Source: Chrysomallon squamiferum (lineage: Eukaryota; Animalia; Mollusca). Taken from it: DNA of 64,000 bases. The position numbers were made by a program, and so were the translations under genes. Below the pieces are notes generated by a model. That model was not told where the DNA came from, did not search any database, and saw only the letters and a program-made list of their open reading frames with translations. Shown here in pieces: positions 26,554-41,520 of the stretch (position 1 is the stretch's first letter; the number at the start of each line of letters is the position of its first letter). The DNA is taken from the NCBI GenBank assembly GCA_012295275.1, contig CM022666.1, positions 9,858,001 to 9,922,000 on the forward strand, given 5' to 3'.

Positions 26554-26957
26554 GTACGTGAGTTTTGCGTGTACGCGTGTCTATGTAAGTATAAAATAAT
26601 GAGCAGATAAATGTCTGAAAGTTTGCTATTTTATTTATATAATTAAAAATTTACAAACTAAAATTCTTGTTTGCGATAATCATATCAGAAAATTACATAG
26701 GAAACTATAAAATACACATAAGAAGGTAAGCGGGTAACTAAAATTTTCAAGAGTGATTTAAAACCAAAGTGTGTGTGTGTGTGTGAGTTGAGTGTGTGTG
26801 TGTGATTGTGTGTCTAACATAATATAATATAATATAATATAATATAATGTACATATACAATATTAAAACATTAAAAGCAATACTAAGTGTGCATGTCTGT
26901 GTGTGTGTCTGTGTGTTTAAGTAATTAAAAAATTAAACAGATAAAAGGTTTTCTTAC

Positions 26958-27200
26958 CTCGACGTGTCGGCGTGCTGCTCGTGTTAAGTGTGCTAAATCA
27001 ATGACTGATCGCGTTCAGTCTCTGTCCCGGCTTTGATAACGCAGTGAAACTTCGCAGCACTTCCTGTCTCGCGTTATGATTCTTACTTTATGATTATTAT
27101 TATTATTACTCAATTAGTCAGTTGTTCTTCGCACATGCGCACTGACGAGAAAATTATTCCCCCGTGGTGAGAGAGAATTGCTCCGGTCTTCTAGTTCGGG
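26958..27200 (-). promoter_or_regulatory. Candidate promoter and non-coding first exon (~27006-26958) of the GPCR gene
   Basis: Minus-strand Inr-like TCAGTC at 27008-27003 and donor GAG|GTAAGA at 26958/26957. CpG-rich patch with ETS-like ACTTCCTG (~27059) and NRF1-like CGCACATGCGCA (27130-27141). The link to the GPCR is inferred. Confidence 0.5.
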
Positions 27201-27835
27201 CGACTGAACGATTTTTAAAGTTATTTTTATAGAATCAGCAGAAACAAAGTGTTATTATTAGGTGAAATAAAATGTTAATAGTTTTCTATCTGTTTGAGTT
27301 TTCTGTATATCTTTGTCAAACACTTCTTCTTCCTTCCTTTATTTATTTATTATTATTTTATTTATTTATTTGTTTATTGTAATGCATAAATCGTTTATTC
27401 TTATAAATGCGTATATAAATGTTGTTTTTAAAGTAAATTAGTCAAAAAAAATTCCAAATTTAATGCTTACTTCTAAATTTGTTATATTCAGAATTTGTAA
27501 AAAAAATGTTTACTAGTATTTTTTTTTTTTTTTAATTATTAGTATTTTTAAATCTATTTTTTCCAGTCGAGTTTTAATGAATAAAGAGGTATAACAGGAA
27601 AAGACATGATTTTAAAAACATATGGTGCCGACTTGATTGTAGTGACGTCATCGTGCATAGAGCAAACATTTCTCAAAACGTTGTCCGAAAAAGTACAGAT
27701 ATTAATATACAGTGTACGTAATGACGTCAATAATAATAATAATAATAATAAAAACTCCAAAATACGATATATGTGTGTGTGTGTGTGTATGTATGTGTAT
27801 GTATGTGTAAAACACATATAACTCATACACAACGC

Positions 27836-27928
<93 letters not shown>

Positions 27929-28779
27929 GAGAATGCTTTCGTAACGCCAGCCTGTTATAGTTTAAGAGTAATTTACAAGATGCTGTCAATGTTTTCCACT
28001 CTCGTCTGATCACTATAAAAAAAGTATAAGGATATTTCACATTTAATAACAGTTAATATTAAATGACAGGTTGAAAAGCTGATACTCGCTCAAGTGTAAA
28101 TATTTTATTTTACTGACTGGTTTAATCGCTGCAGAAGACGAAGGTATTTACGATGTTCTAGAGCAGTGTTATTTTTCTTGTTATTATTTCTAAAAGTAAA
28201 AGCGTGGGGATAACAGAAACTCAACATCAACGATAACTATATTAACTGTAATAGTAGCAGTAGTAGTAGTAGTAGAGTAGTAGTTGTAGTAATAGTAGTA
28301 GCAGCAGTAGCAGTAGTAGTAGTAGCAGTAGTAGTAGTTGTAGTAGCAGCAGTAGTTGTGTATATTGTTGTTGTTGTACTAATAATAATGATTATAGTAA
28401 TGATAACAATAATAACAATATAATAAACAGTAATTATAATAACAGTAATAATAATAAATATAATAATAATCATAATAACAAGAGTAATTAAAATAATAAT
28501 AACAACAACAATAATAACGACAATAACAGTAATAATAACAACAACGACAACAATAATCGCAGTAATAATAACAATAACAACAATATTAACAATAATATCA
28601 ATGACAGTAATAATAATTTAAGAGATTGGAGCCAGACAAAAAAAACACTTAACGGTGATGGCAGTATTTACGTGCACACAACAATTACTATAAATAATAG
28701 AAAATACTTGTGGCGTGTCGCTGTAATCACTGATTGCGTGACACACACAATTATTCGCTGGGAGAGCACAGCGCAGAGC

Positions 28780-28950
28780 GGTGACATTTTGTATATTGGT
28801 GGGAGAGCTTTAATTAAGTTTATTACTAGGTATTCGGGTCCGATGCATGGCAGTAACATTCTGTTTACAGGTGGGAGTGGTTTTAATTAAAACTGTTTTA
28901 AACAGGGTGGTGACATTCTATCTTTTGGAGGGAGTGGTTTTAAACTAAAA
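28780..28950. repeat. Three degenerate ~60-70 bp tandem units (GGTGACATT...GGGAGTGGTTTTAA)
   Basis: Motif pair seen near 28780, 28853 and 28909. Confidence 0.6.
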
Positions 28951-29567
28951 TAAGCTATCATTGGTTGTTACATGTACTTTTTATGTCTGTATATATCAGT
29001 GTATGTTTGTATGTATATAAATATGTAAGTGTTTGTGTGTTTATGTGTGTTTGTGCGTGTGTGCGTGTAACGTTTTGTAAACAGTGTGAATATACATTTT
29101 AGATTCAGTAATGTTGTGTGCATGTTTTGTGTATATGTGAATATGTCTACGTGTGTTTTTGTATGTATATGTGTATGTATGTATTATGTATGTATGTAGA
29201 TATTTGTATATATGCTTTATATGTTTTATTTATGATGTATGTGTGTGTGTGTGTGTGTGCGCGTCTGTGTTTGTATATATACTTCTTTTTTTCCGCCAGA
29301 GTTTTTTGATTACATGAAATGTTTACGGGATACAAATGTACAAAAAGAAATTGTTGCCTCAGGCGACTTTCGATACTTTAGAGTATTGTGGTATTTAGCG
29401 ATATTTTGTAAAGCTACATCTGATTAGATATATGACGGATTTCCATTAACTGTGTGTCTGGTTCAGTCCCCGGGCTCCCAGCTTTCTGAACTCGCTGTGA
29501 ACTCGGATATTTTTATTTTATGTATTATTCTAAACAGTTACTCACACATACACAGAGACAGACAGAT

Positions 29568-29598
<31 letters not shown>

Positions 29599-31654
29599 CA
29601 TTCATACAAACAAACATATACGCACACTCACATGCATTACATACGCATAAACATACAACATATGCTGGTGATATACTGTTAAAGCACACTGGTATTTCTT
29701 GTGAAGATCCTTGTAACTTGAACTGAACAAATAATCATTAATTTGAACATGATATGCGGTAATAATAATAATAATTAATATCTAATAAAGGCGAGCGGCT
29801 AATGATGACGAAACGCGACGTGGTTCTAGATTTAGATACTTGTATCTCTTACAGCCAGGCTGTTATATCATATTATAATTAGCAGCCTTCTTCTTGTTAT
29901 TGCTGTTGGTGTTGTTGACGTCGTCTTGTTCTTTTAGTTGTCTCTACCTCCACCACCGATAAACAACCACAAACCATCAACAAAACTATCACCGTTACAA
30001 CAATTACTACTGCTGCTGCTCCTGCTGCTACTGCAACAACAACCACTACTAGTTTTATTCCTACTACTGCTACAATTACTTTTACTGTTACTACTATTAC
30101 CACTACTTTTACAACTACTACTGGAATTGGTGTTGTTGACGCAAGCACCACCAATATCGTCATCATTATTGCTTCTACAGCTACTACGGTATCATCATCA
30201 GATGGTTTACTTTACTATATTTGGGAGGCGAACAAATATATTTAAAAATGAAACGTAAACTTGTTACACGGCAGTGAGATTACGTGATAATCTCAGAACC
30301 AGCAAGACTGGAAGCACATAAAACAAGTCAGCTAATTCCACCACTTCTTAGTACACGTGGCAAATATGTTTTTCATTTTCTGTTATCGGCTTCAGCTCAG
30401 TGGTTATATATTTTCTGACACCGGTTGCTTAATGTCACACAACTGTTTAGCGAAAAACACGAACATAATGTAAAATCAAATGGTAGATTGCAGTACTCGA
30501 TAAAGTAAAATTAAAACACTTGCTGTACCAAACGATCAGAATGTAGAAAATATTTGGCTTTCTGTATGTTTCACAGAAACGTATTTGACGGATAACAGCA
30601 TACTGACAACCAATTTAACAGTGTTGTTGAACAAGTATAATTTTTATTATTGATTATTGGTAACACAATAGAACACAATTGTTTTAGTTTTTCATTATTG
30701 AATGTAAAGGGTGGGATTTTTTTGGTTTGGTTTATATTATTTTGATGTTGTTTTTTGCTTTTGTTTTGTTATTGTTGGTTTTTTGTTGTTGTTTTCCCCT
30801 GCACTGACTAATATCTGCTGATACATTTGGTATTTCTGAGAGCGAATCTGTGAGGATAGGGGTTTTTTGTGTGTTTTTCTGTTTTTGCTGCATTTTTATA
30901 TTAATATTCTCATAAACAGAACAAAACGTACCACAATTTCAGTCACGTGATACAGAGCTGTGTCCCACAGACATTGATCAGATCACTAGTATAACCTTTG
31001 ACCTGGTGTGTTGTGAAAACCGACTTAATGAGTTCTGCGAATGGCCATCGAATGCGGCAGAACTCGTATGAAAATATCACTTCTAATAAAGTGAATAACT
31101 GAGGAAGACTGGATCAAACAATCTACACTAATTTAATAATGTCGTTTTCACTTTGCTTGCTTCAGTGTAGATGTGTTGTATATAGTCGAGCAGACGCGAA
31201 ATGACTGCTGACCGACAAAATGACGTCACACACTGCCAGCAGATGAATCTTTCATTACTTTGTCTACAGGTCCAAGTGACAATGCATCGCCTAATTCACA
31301 TACTGAATGTCTTGTCACTCGCCTAACAGTTTACAAAATATCTCAGTTGAAAGGTGAAGATGATTTTTATTATAATCAGATCACCACAGTATAAAGTGTG
31401 TGTGTGTGTGTGTATGTGTGTGAGTGTGTGTGTGTGTGTGGGGGGTAATGTTCATATCATCGTCTCTGTTTCAGGGAGATTATTAGGTCTCTGTTCCATT
31501 GCTTTATACATTAAAGAGAAAAAGATGCTGTCAAATAAACGTTAATAGTAATACAGAAGTAATATCTGACATGTCAATAATGTTCTACAGAGAATTCAGC
31601 TGAATATCTGCAGTAAGACTTCATTAAGAGCGAACTATATTAAAGTGGAGTACC

Positions 31655-31810
31655 GTTGTGTATACAACACAAGACTGACTGATACTAGAGTGTTGTAGTG
31701 TTGTGTATACAACACAAGACTGACTGATATTAGTGTTGTAGTGTTGTCTATAAAACACACGACAGACTGTGATACTAGAGTGCTGTATATAAAACACACG
31801 ACTGACTCTT
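31655..31810. repeat. Short tandem repeat (GTTGTGTATACAACACAAGACTGACTGATA...)
   Basis: Three to four related units. Confidence 0.75.
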
Positions 31811-32238
31811 AAATAGAATAATAATAATATCACTGTATAATATGTTGCTAGTTATTTTAGTGCGCTATAACTGCGGGTGGTACGGTTACTTCTATTTATA
31901 AATATAACACTTTTCTACATAGTAAACGATTTATGAAACATATTTATTACAAATCTTTCATATCCACGGATATGTAACACCTAACTTGAACTCTTTTTTT
32001 CTTCTTGTTTTGTTTTGTTTTTGTTTTTTACTCTTTTTTTTTATATTTGTTTACACTGTCTAGTTTCTTGTATACTGCTTTTGATTTCGTCTAACGTAAT
32101 TAAATAATGAATATTACTAATGATCTCCACATAATTATGAATATATATGTTTATCTTGACACTTAAATCCATGAAAATTGCGCCATTAAGAATAGTTATC
32201 ACCAAAGAGTAATAATTTATTATTATTGTTATTGTTAC

Positions 32239-32305
<67 letters not shown>

Positions 32306-34005
32306 TACTTATTTATTTGTTATTATATATATACAAAATATATTTTATGTGCATCATTTCGTATACAGCAGTGTGTGTACTAGTCTTTTAAAACCAACGA
32401 AACGTCCATGTTGGAACGAGAGAAAACTGTAAAGGCTAAAATTAATTCTAGAACGCAAAAACAATAATAATTAAAAAAAACCCAACAATATAAATAACAA
32501 TGGTAACAACAAAAGTAAAATTAGTAGTTACAACAACAACAAGAGTAATAATGACAACAATAATAATAACAATGATGATGATAATACCGGAGATGACAAT
32601 ATTGATGATGATGATCAAAATGATGATTATGAAGTGAAAACCACTATAATTATGAAGGTAATAATGATGATGACGGTATTACGATGTTGATGATGATAAT
32701 CAAAAATAAAACAACAGGATGAAAAGTGTACTTATAAAAAGGTTCAGCGTTCTTGCATTCCAGCAGCAACAGTTTTGAAAGTGAACTTTGAGTTAAATCA
32801 ACCAGCAGTAGATATTATCAGCATCAGCTCACAAACAACATGTCTAAAAATAAAAAAAATAAATGAAAAAAAATATATATAAAAAAGTTAAACGAGAGGT
32901 AACTAAACACCTGCAAAACAAGAAAAAATAAAGTAAAAATAATAATAAAACAATAATAATAAAAAGAAAAGAAAAAATGAATAAATAAATAAATTAATAT
33001 ATATATATTTTTTTATTATTATTTAAAAAGATAACAAATATGGGGAAAAAAATAGTAGTAGTAGTAATCATAGCAGTAGTGGTGGTAGTAATAAAGAATA
33101 AAAAAGTAATAGATAATAAACAAATAAAAGCAATAAAACTAAACTTAAAATATGTTTTGTAAAAAGTGGAAAGGCAACAACAATAACAGCAGTAATAATG
33201 ATGATGATGACGATGTTGATGACGCTAATAAAATCGGTAATAATATACGCTCTTTTTCTTCACCAATATTTTCAGCTATAATCATATTTATTATTTCAAC
33301 TTCCAAGCTGTTAAATATATATAAACTTGTGTTTTAAAACAACATATTTTAATATGTTTCTTACAAATGTTTCATGTAATTTCGTTCAGAAAGACTAACA
33401 CACACGACAGTACAGTATGCAGAAGTGAAATGAATTTACAAATATTATGTCACATATTTCACTTTATCTGTGTCTTGTTTCAAATGATTAAAGATTCTGT
33501 ATTTAAAACCGTTAGACGACCGGTCGTGCATTTTTACAGTTATGTACAAACTAACGATGTAACTCGAAAGTTTATGTAACTATCTTACACACTCATAACT
33601 TTCTGGTGTAAACGGATAATATTGCACAAGAGTTTATTTTATTATTTTGAATGTCAGCGTCCGCATTCACATAGATTATAGGCTGGAATTAGAATAACAA
33701 TAATTACATATATAATAATAATATAATTATATATACCTGTTGTACCTTTTTAATTCGGACCTCCTCAATTCCCATACTTCACCCCGATCTGGCAACCACA
33801 AAGCAGAACTGTTAACAAAAGACCAAGAAAGTATGTCTGTTTATTTGATTCTAATAAAATTAATTAAGGAAAATCCAAAGTATCAGAAGCAAGCTACATT
33901 GCATCAGTGGTTGAAGAAGATCGTTAATAACACTCCCACGACTCATTCCAACGTAGAAAATCTACTTCACCACCTCCTCCACGAAGTTGCTGACCATGGA
34001 TGCCC

Positions 34006-34356
34006 CGAAGACACAGCTCATCCCGAAGACACTGCTGATGCTGAAGTCACAGCTGATGCTGAAGGCACAGCTGATGCTGAAGGTACCGCTGATCCTAGAG
34101 ACACAGCGGATCCTGAAGACACAACTGATGCTGAAGACACAGCTAATCCTGGATACACAGCTGATCTTGGATACACAGCTGATCCTGGATACACAGCTGA
34201 TGCTGAAGACACAGCTGATTCTAGAGACACAGCTGATCCTGAAGACACAGCTGATCCTGAAGACCCAACTGATCCTGGATACACAGCTGATCCTGAAGAC
34301 ACAGCTGATCCTGGAGACACTGCTGATCCTGAAGACACTGCTGATCCCGAAGACAC
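34006..34356. repeat. 18 bp minisatellite (GAAGACACAGCTGATCCT), ~19 units
   Basis: Seen directly. Lies inside the open frame 33740-34387. Confidence 0.95.
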
Positions 34357-34685
34357 CGTTATAAGGTTATACGGTCAATTTCTGTAGTGCAGCATTTTGG
34401 AACCTTGGGACCTGGCGGCTAGAAAATCAAAGAGATAGAACCTCTATCAGTTTATATATAAATATATATATATATTTGTACATAATTATATAAATACACA
34501 GTGGGGTAGGGGTTTCTGGAATTGGAAATAAAAATAGATATAAAAACAGTATAGGTTGGAATTAGAAATATATATAGACAATACTGGTTGGAATTAGAAA
34601 TACAAATTGATATAATAAATAGTACTGGTTGAACTAAGAAATATATATATATATATATTCTGCTGGAATTAAAATTTAATATATA

Positions 34686-34899
34686 CAGGGTGGCCCAAAA
34701 GTAGGTTTACAGTTATTAAACTATCGTTTATATGCTTGAAGTTTCTTGCTGGAAAGGTTTGAAGAATGTTGCAATGTTGAAGGATGGCATTTTGAGCACC
34801 TGAGAGATTAAACAGTTTCTGTTTAATGCTTGAAACATACTTATATTTTAAAATAAATTGTCTACGTAATAACTGTAAACCTACTTTTGGGTCACCCTG
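34686..34899. mobile_element. Tc1/mariner-type MITE, 214 bp
   Basis: 33 bp TIRs CAGGGTGGCCCAAAAGTAGGTTTACAGTTATTA (one mismatch between ends), flanked by TA on both sides. Confidence 0.93.
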
Positions 34900-36798
34900 T
34901 ATATATATAAACAAACAGAAGTTGCAGTTAGACTGTACAAACAAACCGTGTTCGAGTACTGGTTACATTGATAAATAATAATTACGATTAGTGTTGAAAA
35001 TGAACTCGTATTAAATTAAGGTCAGTGACCCGTATTTTCACAAAAGAACTGTGAAATGTTAACGATAATGTGACAAACTGATTTGTATTTAGGTAGTCAG
35101 TGTTTGTCATGTTTTCAGTCGGTCGAAAATGTCTCGAATCACTAACAGTTCCGATCAATTCCGAAAATGACACTGACCAACATCGTTTGGATCTTCTTAG
35201 CGACTTAGAGGTTTTAGGTCTGTTTTCGATTACTCAATAATTGTCTCCCTTATCGGATGTATACAGAGTGCGTGGGTGCTGTAACTAGACTTGTAAATCG
35301 TATCAATGAAAGCCGTTCAGAAAAGATTTTGATATCCAGTAATTGCTTGATGGACTAACTGCACTGAGATTTTGTAGCAGTACGCCTGGATTTAGTTTTA
35401 ATTATGTTATAGATACGTACCAGTCTAATCCTCATACAAGAGTCATAGTTCTTGTTTAAAACATCTGGGACAGGAGTGGGAAACCTCATTCAGTGTGTGT
35501 GTTAAAATCGAACCAAATCTTTTGTCCAAAATTTGCACACTTGCCAACTGAAATGTTATATATCGATGTCTTAAGGATTAGGATGTTTTTATTAGCCTAC
35601 AAACTGTCGGATGGTCGGAACTCTCTCACTTTTTTCTCATTCAGTATGATTTGATGTTTTCTGCTAAAAATGGTAAAGATTCACTTACGTATCCATTGTA
35701 AATAACAAGTAAATGTTATAAAAGCTAACATATATATATCATATTATTTTTATAAGATTAGTCCAAATATATATATAGTTTGTCGTAGCAGGATGTGAGA
35801 GGCAGTTGGGCTTTCCCGACAAGAAAATGTCGGGCAAAGTTTGTTTTTGTTTTGGGGTGGGTTTTTTGTGTGAAACCAACCGATATATGATTTTTCAGAT
35901 TTATTACAATTCGAACAAGAGCGATTTGTAAACACTACTCTTCCATATGATAAAGTTTTATTATTATTATTTTATGATAAAGCAATCTTGAAATCAAGAG
36001 GAAATGGCGATGAAAACTGTAAAAACCAAAAAGCGATTTTCTTTCACTGATATATTTATTTATTTTCTTCTGTGTTTTTTGATTCATTGATTCTTTCTTT
36101 CTTTCTTTCTTCCGTTATTTCATTCATATATATATATATATATCTGATCATCAAAATTATCACTGCTATCATTATTATTGACGTCAAAGTTGTCATAAAC
36201 GCCATTATCAGCAACATGATCAGCATTATCATCAACATCATCACAACATTACAGATCATTTTGTATGAAAGATGGTTAAGAATCTATTTACAATGAATTT
36301 TGACTTTTACGTTCAGTGTTAATCGACTGCTTTCTTTTCCTTCCTCTTGTTTTTCTAGAAGACATCATGTGGTGTCTTTTTTTAAATTGGGAGAATAGAA
36401 CATGTCCGTCTAGCAACTGAAGGAAGTTGGACTATGGAGGGATCATTGCTGAAGTCGTGGATCGGAAAAAGCAATTTGTGAAAATTTGACAAGTTAAAAT
36501 GAATACTCCGTCTTAGTTATCCGACACTTTTCAGTATTCACCAAACCATAACAAAATTAATTTTAAAAAAAAGAAAAGAATTAAAAAAAAAGAAGTTTAA
36601 ATTAAAGAAGAAAAAAACATTGAAAAATAAAAATTGTTTTTTTTTTTTTTTTTAGATAAAATAATATCAAAAAGAAATATGAGAAGAAATGAAAACAGAA
36701 ATAAATTATTAGAAATGTGAAGTTAAAAAAAATAAAAAAAAATAAAAAATGCATACATAAATATATAAGAAAATAAAAAATTATAAACAAATAAATAA

Positions 36799-36829
<31 letters not shown>

Positions 36830-38311
36830 AAGACAAATCTTAAAGATTGAAATGAACTGAAAAGTAAAATGAAAAAAAACAAAACAACAACAACAAAAAG
36901 AAGAGTAAAATAAATGTAATTACCAACCTGTCTCTCATAGATATATATATAAAAAATCTGCTCTTGAAATCCGTTATACAACTTAACGATGGTGCAAATT
37001 AATTTAAATTTCTTTCTTTTTTCTTATTTTATTTTATGAAAACAATTTATTCCTAAGCACGTTTATCTTTCTATTTTTTTCTTCTTCTTTTCTTTTTTCA
37101 TATATTCTTTTCTTTTACTTTCTTCGTTTCTATTCTTTTTTGTAATACTTTTTTTTTTTTTTTTTTTTGATCACGTAATATTAATATTAATATAGACTAT
37201 TATAGTCAGTATCAGTATTAGTATTAGTAACAGTAGCGGTTGTAGTAATAATAGCAACAGTAGCAGTATTAGTACTAGTGCAGTATGTATTGCAGTAAGA
37301 GTAGTAACAGCAGTAGTAGCTGTCACAGTATTATAGTAGTAGTAGTTATAGTAGCAGCAGTAGCAGCATTAGTAGTAATAGTAGCGGCAATAGTAGCAGT
37401 AGTAGCAGTAGTAGGTTTTAGAGATATTAATGATAATAACATATAGATGCAGGACAGTATCAGAAATAGAAATAATTTTCTTTCAAATAATACGACAAAT
37501 TTTAATAAAATTTTCTTTATTTCGCTTTGATATTGAGTCGATTAGCTTGACGAGACGGTTTCTAAAATGAGAATAAAAATAAAAATAAAAATAAAAATCC
37601 ATCTAATGAAATTGTAAACTTGTTTTATTATTATTTGATAAAAATATAAGCCGATGTTGAGATGAAAGAAATATTAGTCTACATCAAAGTTTAAAAGTCT
37701 TTCTTCATTTCTTTGAACAATAAACTTTATCATTTTTCCAGAGTTACTTTGTCAGAAATAAAAATATTCTCCTAATTTCCTGGCTTCCTAGTGAAAATAA
37801 TTATGTATTTGAAGGAAACAGTTACAAAATAATCTATTTATGGTATTTCTAATGCTCCAAAGAAAACATATGTCTGGGCGTAAATTGAATAAAATGCTAC
37901 AAAAAAAAAAAAAAAAAAAAAAAATGAAAAATAAATAATAAAATACAGACAGGAACACATAAAAACATACAAACATATTCACATTAACTTAAATTCGAAC
38001 ATAGCAACGGACATAATACGTCATTTTGAGTTATAACGTCACCTGGCTTATAGTGATTTTTGCTATGTCGGTCTTTTATCATGCATTACTCTGTGTGTGA
38101 TATCTGTGTGCTAACAAGTTTTGTACTTTTATCTCCTACCAAACTATGGTGGAAATTCGTTAATTTGTAATTAAAGCTGATCTAGGTTTGCGGACGTCAA
38201 TAACTGCAGTTTAGATTTTAAAATAAATTACATTGTGTCGTCATGTATCCTTGGTCATATTCACCAGGGGGCATAACTCACCATCCATGAACTTTCATCT
38301 TTCTTATACAT

Positions 38312-38347
<36 letters not shown>

Positions 38348-41300
38348 CGAAACAGATCAACCGATTAAGAAGTTTCGCATGAACCACATAGGAATAACAT
38401 TTTCTTTTTCTTTTTTAAAAAATTAAAAAAACACCAACAACATATAAAACAAAATGTCCTGTTCATTTTTATGACGTCATGAAAGGTTATTTAAGATATA
38501 TTTTGTGGGGGAGAACGGTTCTTTGTGCAGGTTTTTATAATTAGCCGCGATCAGACGCGTCATATATCAAAAGCCAGAGCAAATTATCCGAATTTGCCCG
38601 AAGTGCACACAGTCTTGTCAGACGAGACAGCGTGTAACGTCATCAATGTCAAACTTGATCAAGGCTGTTGGTAATTTGTCTTTTTCATACATTTTCAGTC
38701 TTTTGTGTAATTCTGTTATTTTTAACATTATTCTTACCACTAGTATTATTTTAATATTAATTTATTGTTAACATTAATTTCTAACATTATTTTCAGCGAA
38801 ATTTTTGACAATAAGGTACACACTAAGACGGTTCGACGTATAATTACATAAAATGAAAACAGTGTACTTTTTTATTAATGATTACGGTTTTAACAAGCAC
38901 TGAAACAACTGAATGAAATATCTGACGTTAATTTTTGATTAATACGGAATAGTCAGGATTCTGTGGATTATGAGTCGATAAATTGTGGGTTCTTATGCTT
39001 AAACCAAAACGTTATGGTACATTTACTGAAGATGTTTACACCAAACAAGCTGTACCTCTACTAATAACCTTGTTTGTCAAAATAAAAATAAATAAATAAA
39101 TAAATAAATAATAAGTATATTAAAAAATAAAATAAAAAACAGAAGAAAAAAAACCACACCAAAAAACACCACCAGAATACAAACTTAAATTAAATAAAGA
39201 CATTTAAAAGAAAGACTATGAATACAGCGCGCTTCAATTTTTCTCACTGCTACAAAGAACTCCCTAGACAGTGTGTAGCAGATAAGCCGAATGAACACAA
39301 GACAGAATACGTTTATTAGAATTTGTTTTCTCGTTATGAGGCTTATTTTCAGATGCATTATTTATAATTATATGGTCATCTCTATCAATTTGTTAATACT
39401 TTGTTTTCTTATCATATATTTATTATTAATACCTAATATGATTAAGAGCCACACGGAAGGCTACAAGAGCCTTCGACCCATATAACTAAAGGTTTAGAAT
39501 AATAATAAATAAAAGGAATTTTAAATGAGTAAACAGTGAAAGCTATGTAATATAATTATCACAATTAATTCGAGATCAAGCGTGTATTCTTGGTTTTTCC
39601 TTTGGGAGTGAGGATGTTTAAATTCATTCCATTTCCAACATCCAACACTGAGCTGATAATGAGAGAAGCATTTATATCGATTTCCATTTTTTTTCAAAAA
39701 AACAAACATAAAAGTAACATTTATATTCTGTTTCCAGTTAATTCTCAGTCAAAGTATAAAATTTACAAAAAATAAATAAATAAATAAATGGTGTATTTTC
39801 TGTGCAATGAAATGAATACATCTATGGTGGAAAATAGATTAAGATTTGCACAGCTGGAACATTATTCTTTTCGTATGAAATCATCTAGCCAAACACGTTA
39901 CATTATTACATCATATAAGCTCGTGGAAGCTGATCAACCAAAGACGTTAGACGGCCGCGATCGAGATGAAGGACACCGCCGACATGGATGTTGCCAAAAT
40001 AGTGGTCATTACTGTCATATTCACCGCCGTTTAAAACTATTCTTCATTTTAAATTTATTTATTTTGTAAAGAGACACACACATTTTTTTTTTCTTCATAT
40101 AAATGAAAACGTTCTTAGTGTTGTGTCCTACCAATGGATGCTAGTTTGACTACACGATTGAAAACGTATTCCGTTTATTTTTAAAATGATTTATTATTTT
40201 ATTTTATTTATTTATTTATTATCTGTGAACATAAAACCAGTTATGGATATTTTTAGATCTAACACGCAGAACTCAGATTTAGATATAGCATTTCTTTAAT
40301 ACAACTCCGCATGACGTCATTTGAATCGTTAACGAGGTTCTTTCAGACGAGATATTCCAGTTGAACGAAGACGGTCGCGCTGTCAGGATACAATGAACAC
40401 AAAGTAAGACACCGATTAAAACAGTTTCGTCTCTTCCAGGACACAAACACATGCCAGTCAGTTTCTTATTAAACCAGGAATCTGCTTTTGTTTACTTATT
40501 TTTAAGCATAATTTAACTACTAAGTATTAATACTTAATCATAAAGAACACAAAAAAATGAGAGAAAAAATAACAATAAAAAGTTCCGTGTACAGCATTAA
40601 AGTAATTTAAAATTTACTTTTTCAGTTACGCAACATATTGCTCATTTCTAAATGGTGCGTTACAAAGAATATGAATTAATATCGGATAATGAAATTGTTT
40701 ATAATTTTTCCTACTGGGCAATTTAATTACCTGATTGTGTATTACAGAGATCTACGCAACTAAAACGTTTTCAGCTTGCCTCTATCAAAATCAAATCTTA
40801 ATTTGCAATAAATTAAATTACCAGAAATAGCGCACACTAGGTAGAATCCATCATTTCCGTTATTAAGTTTTCTATTTGAAACCCCCTCCGACGCACAGAA
40901 AAAGATGTACATCTATAATGCACGTCATTTTTGAAACCTATGAACTTGCTTCAGTATCAAGTTCAAATTAGTTACTAAACCCTGAAACAACTCTAATTAT
41001 AAATATATTACTTAAATATAAAGTTAATTAACTATTTCTTGTAATTTTCTTTTTTTTTTTGTTAATAAAAAATATTAATACATCTTTTGAGAATAATGAA
41101 ATGTAAACCCAACAAACTTATCTTAGAACATGTGAATGTAGTTAATTTTTAACTGGAACACAAATTGCTTTAATGTCAAAAAAAAAAAAAAAAAACCATT
41201 AGAAACAAATCTGGCGCACTGCAACCAACAACTCTCATAAATGTTTATTACAATATTCAACTGAAAAAATTTAAAAGGAACAATAACCAAAATCACCTAC

Positions 41301-41496
41301 TTTTGATTTAAACTATAACTAGCCATTTATTTCATTTCCCAAGCTAGTTGTAAATGCATGAACATTACCACAAACTGACCATCAAGTTAGTGTTTTGTTA
41401 ATAGTAACCCTGAAAAAATCACTAATACCACACAGCGTCATATTAGATGTAACACCAGGTATCACATAACAAACACACACACAGTTGTCCATTATT

Positions 41497-41507
41497 TTTA
41501 TTTTATT
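41497..41507 (-). terminator. RPL8 polyadenylation signals (overlapping AATAAA)
   Basis: Minus-strand AATAAAATAAA about 14 nt after the stop codon, giving the very short 3'UTR typical of RP genes. Confidence 0.8.
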
Positions 41508-41520
41508 TCTGCTACACACG

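Noticed and set aside
31029-31067. Short hairpin GAGTTCTGC...GCAGAACTC as a possible pre-miRNA
   Set aside because: The stem is only about 11 bp, too short, and has no known seed.
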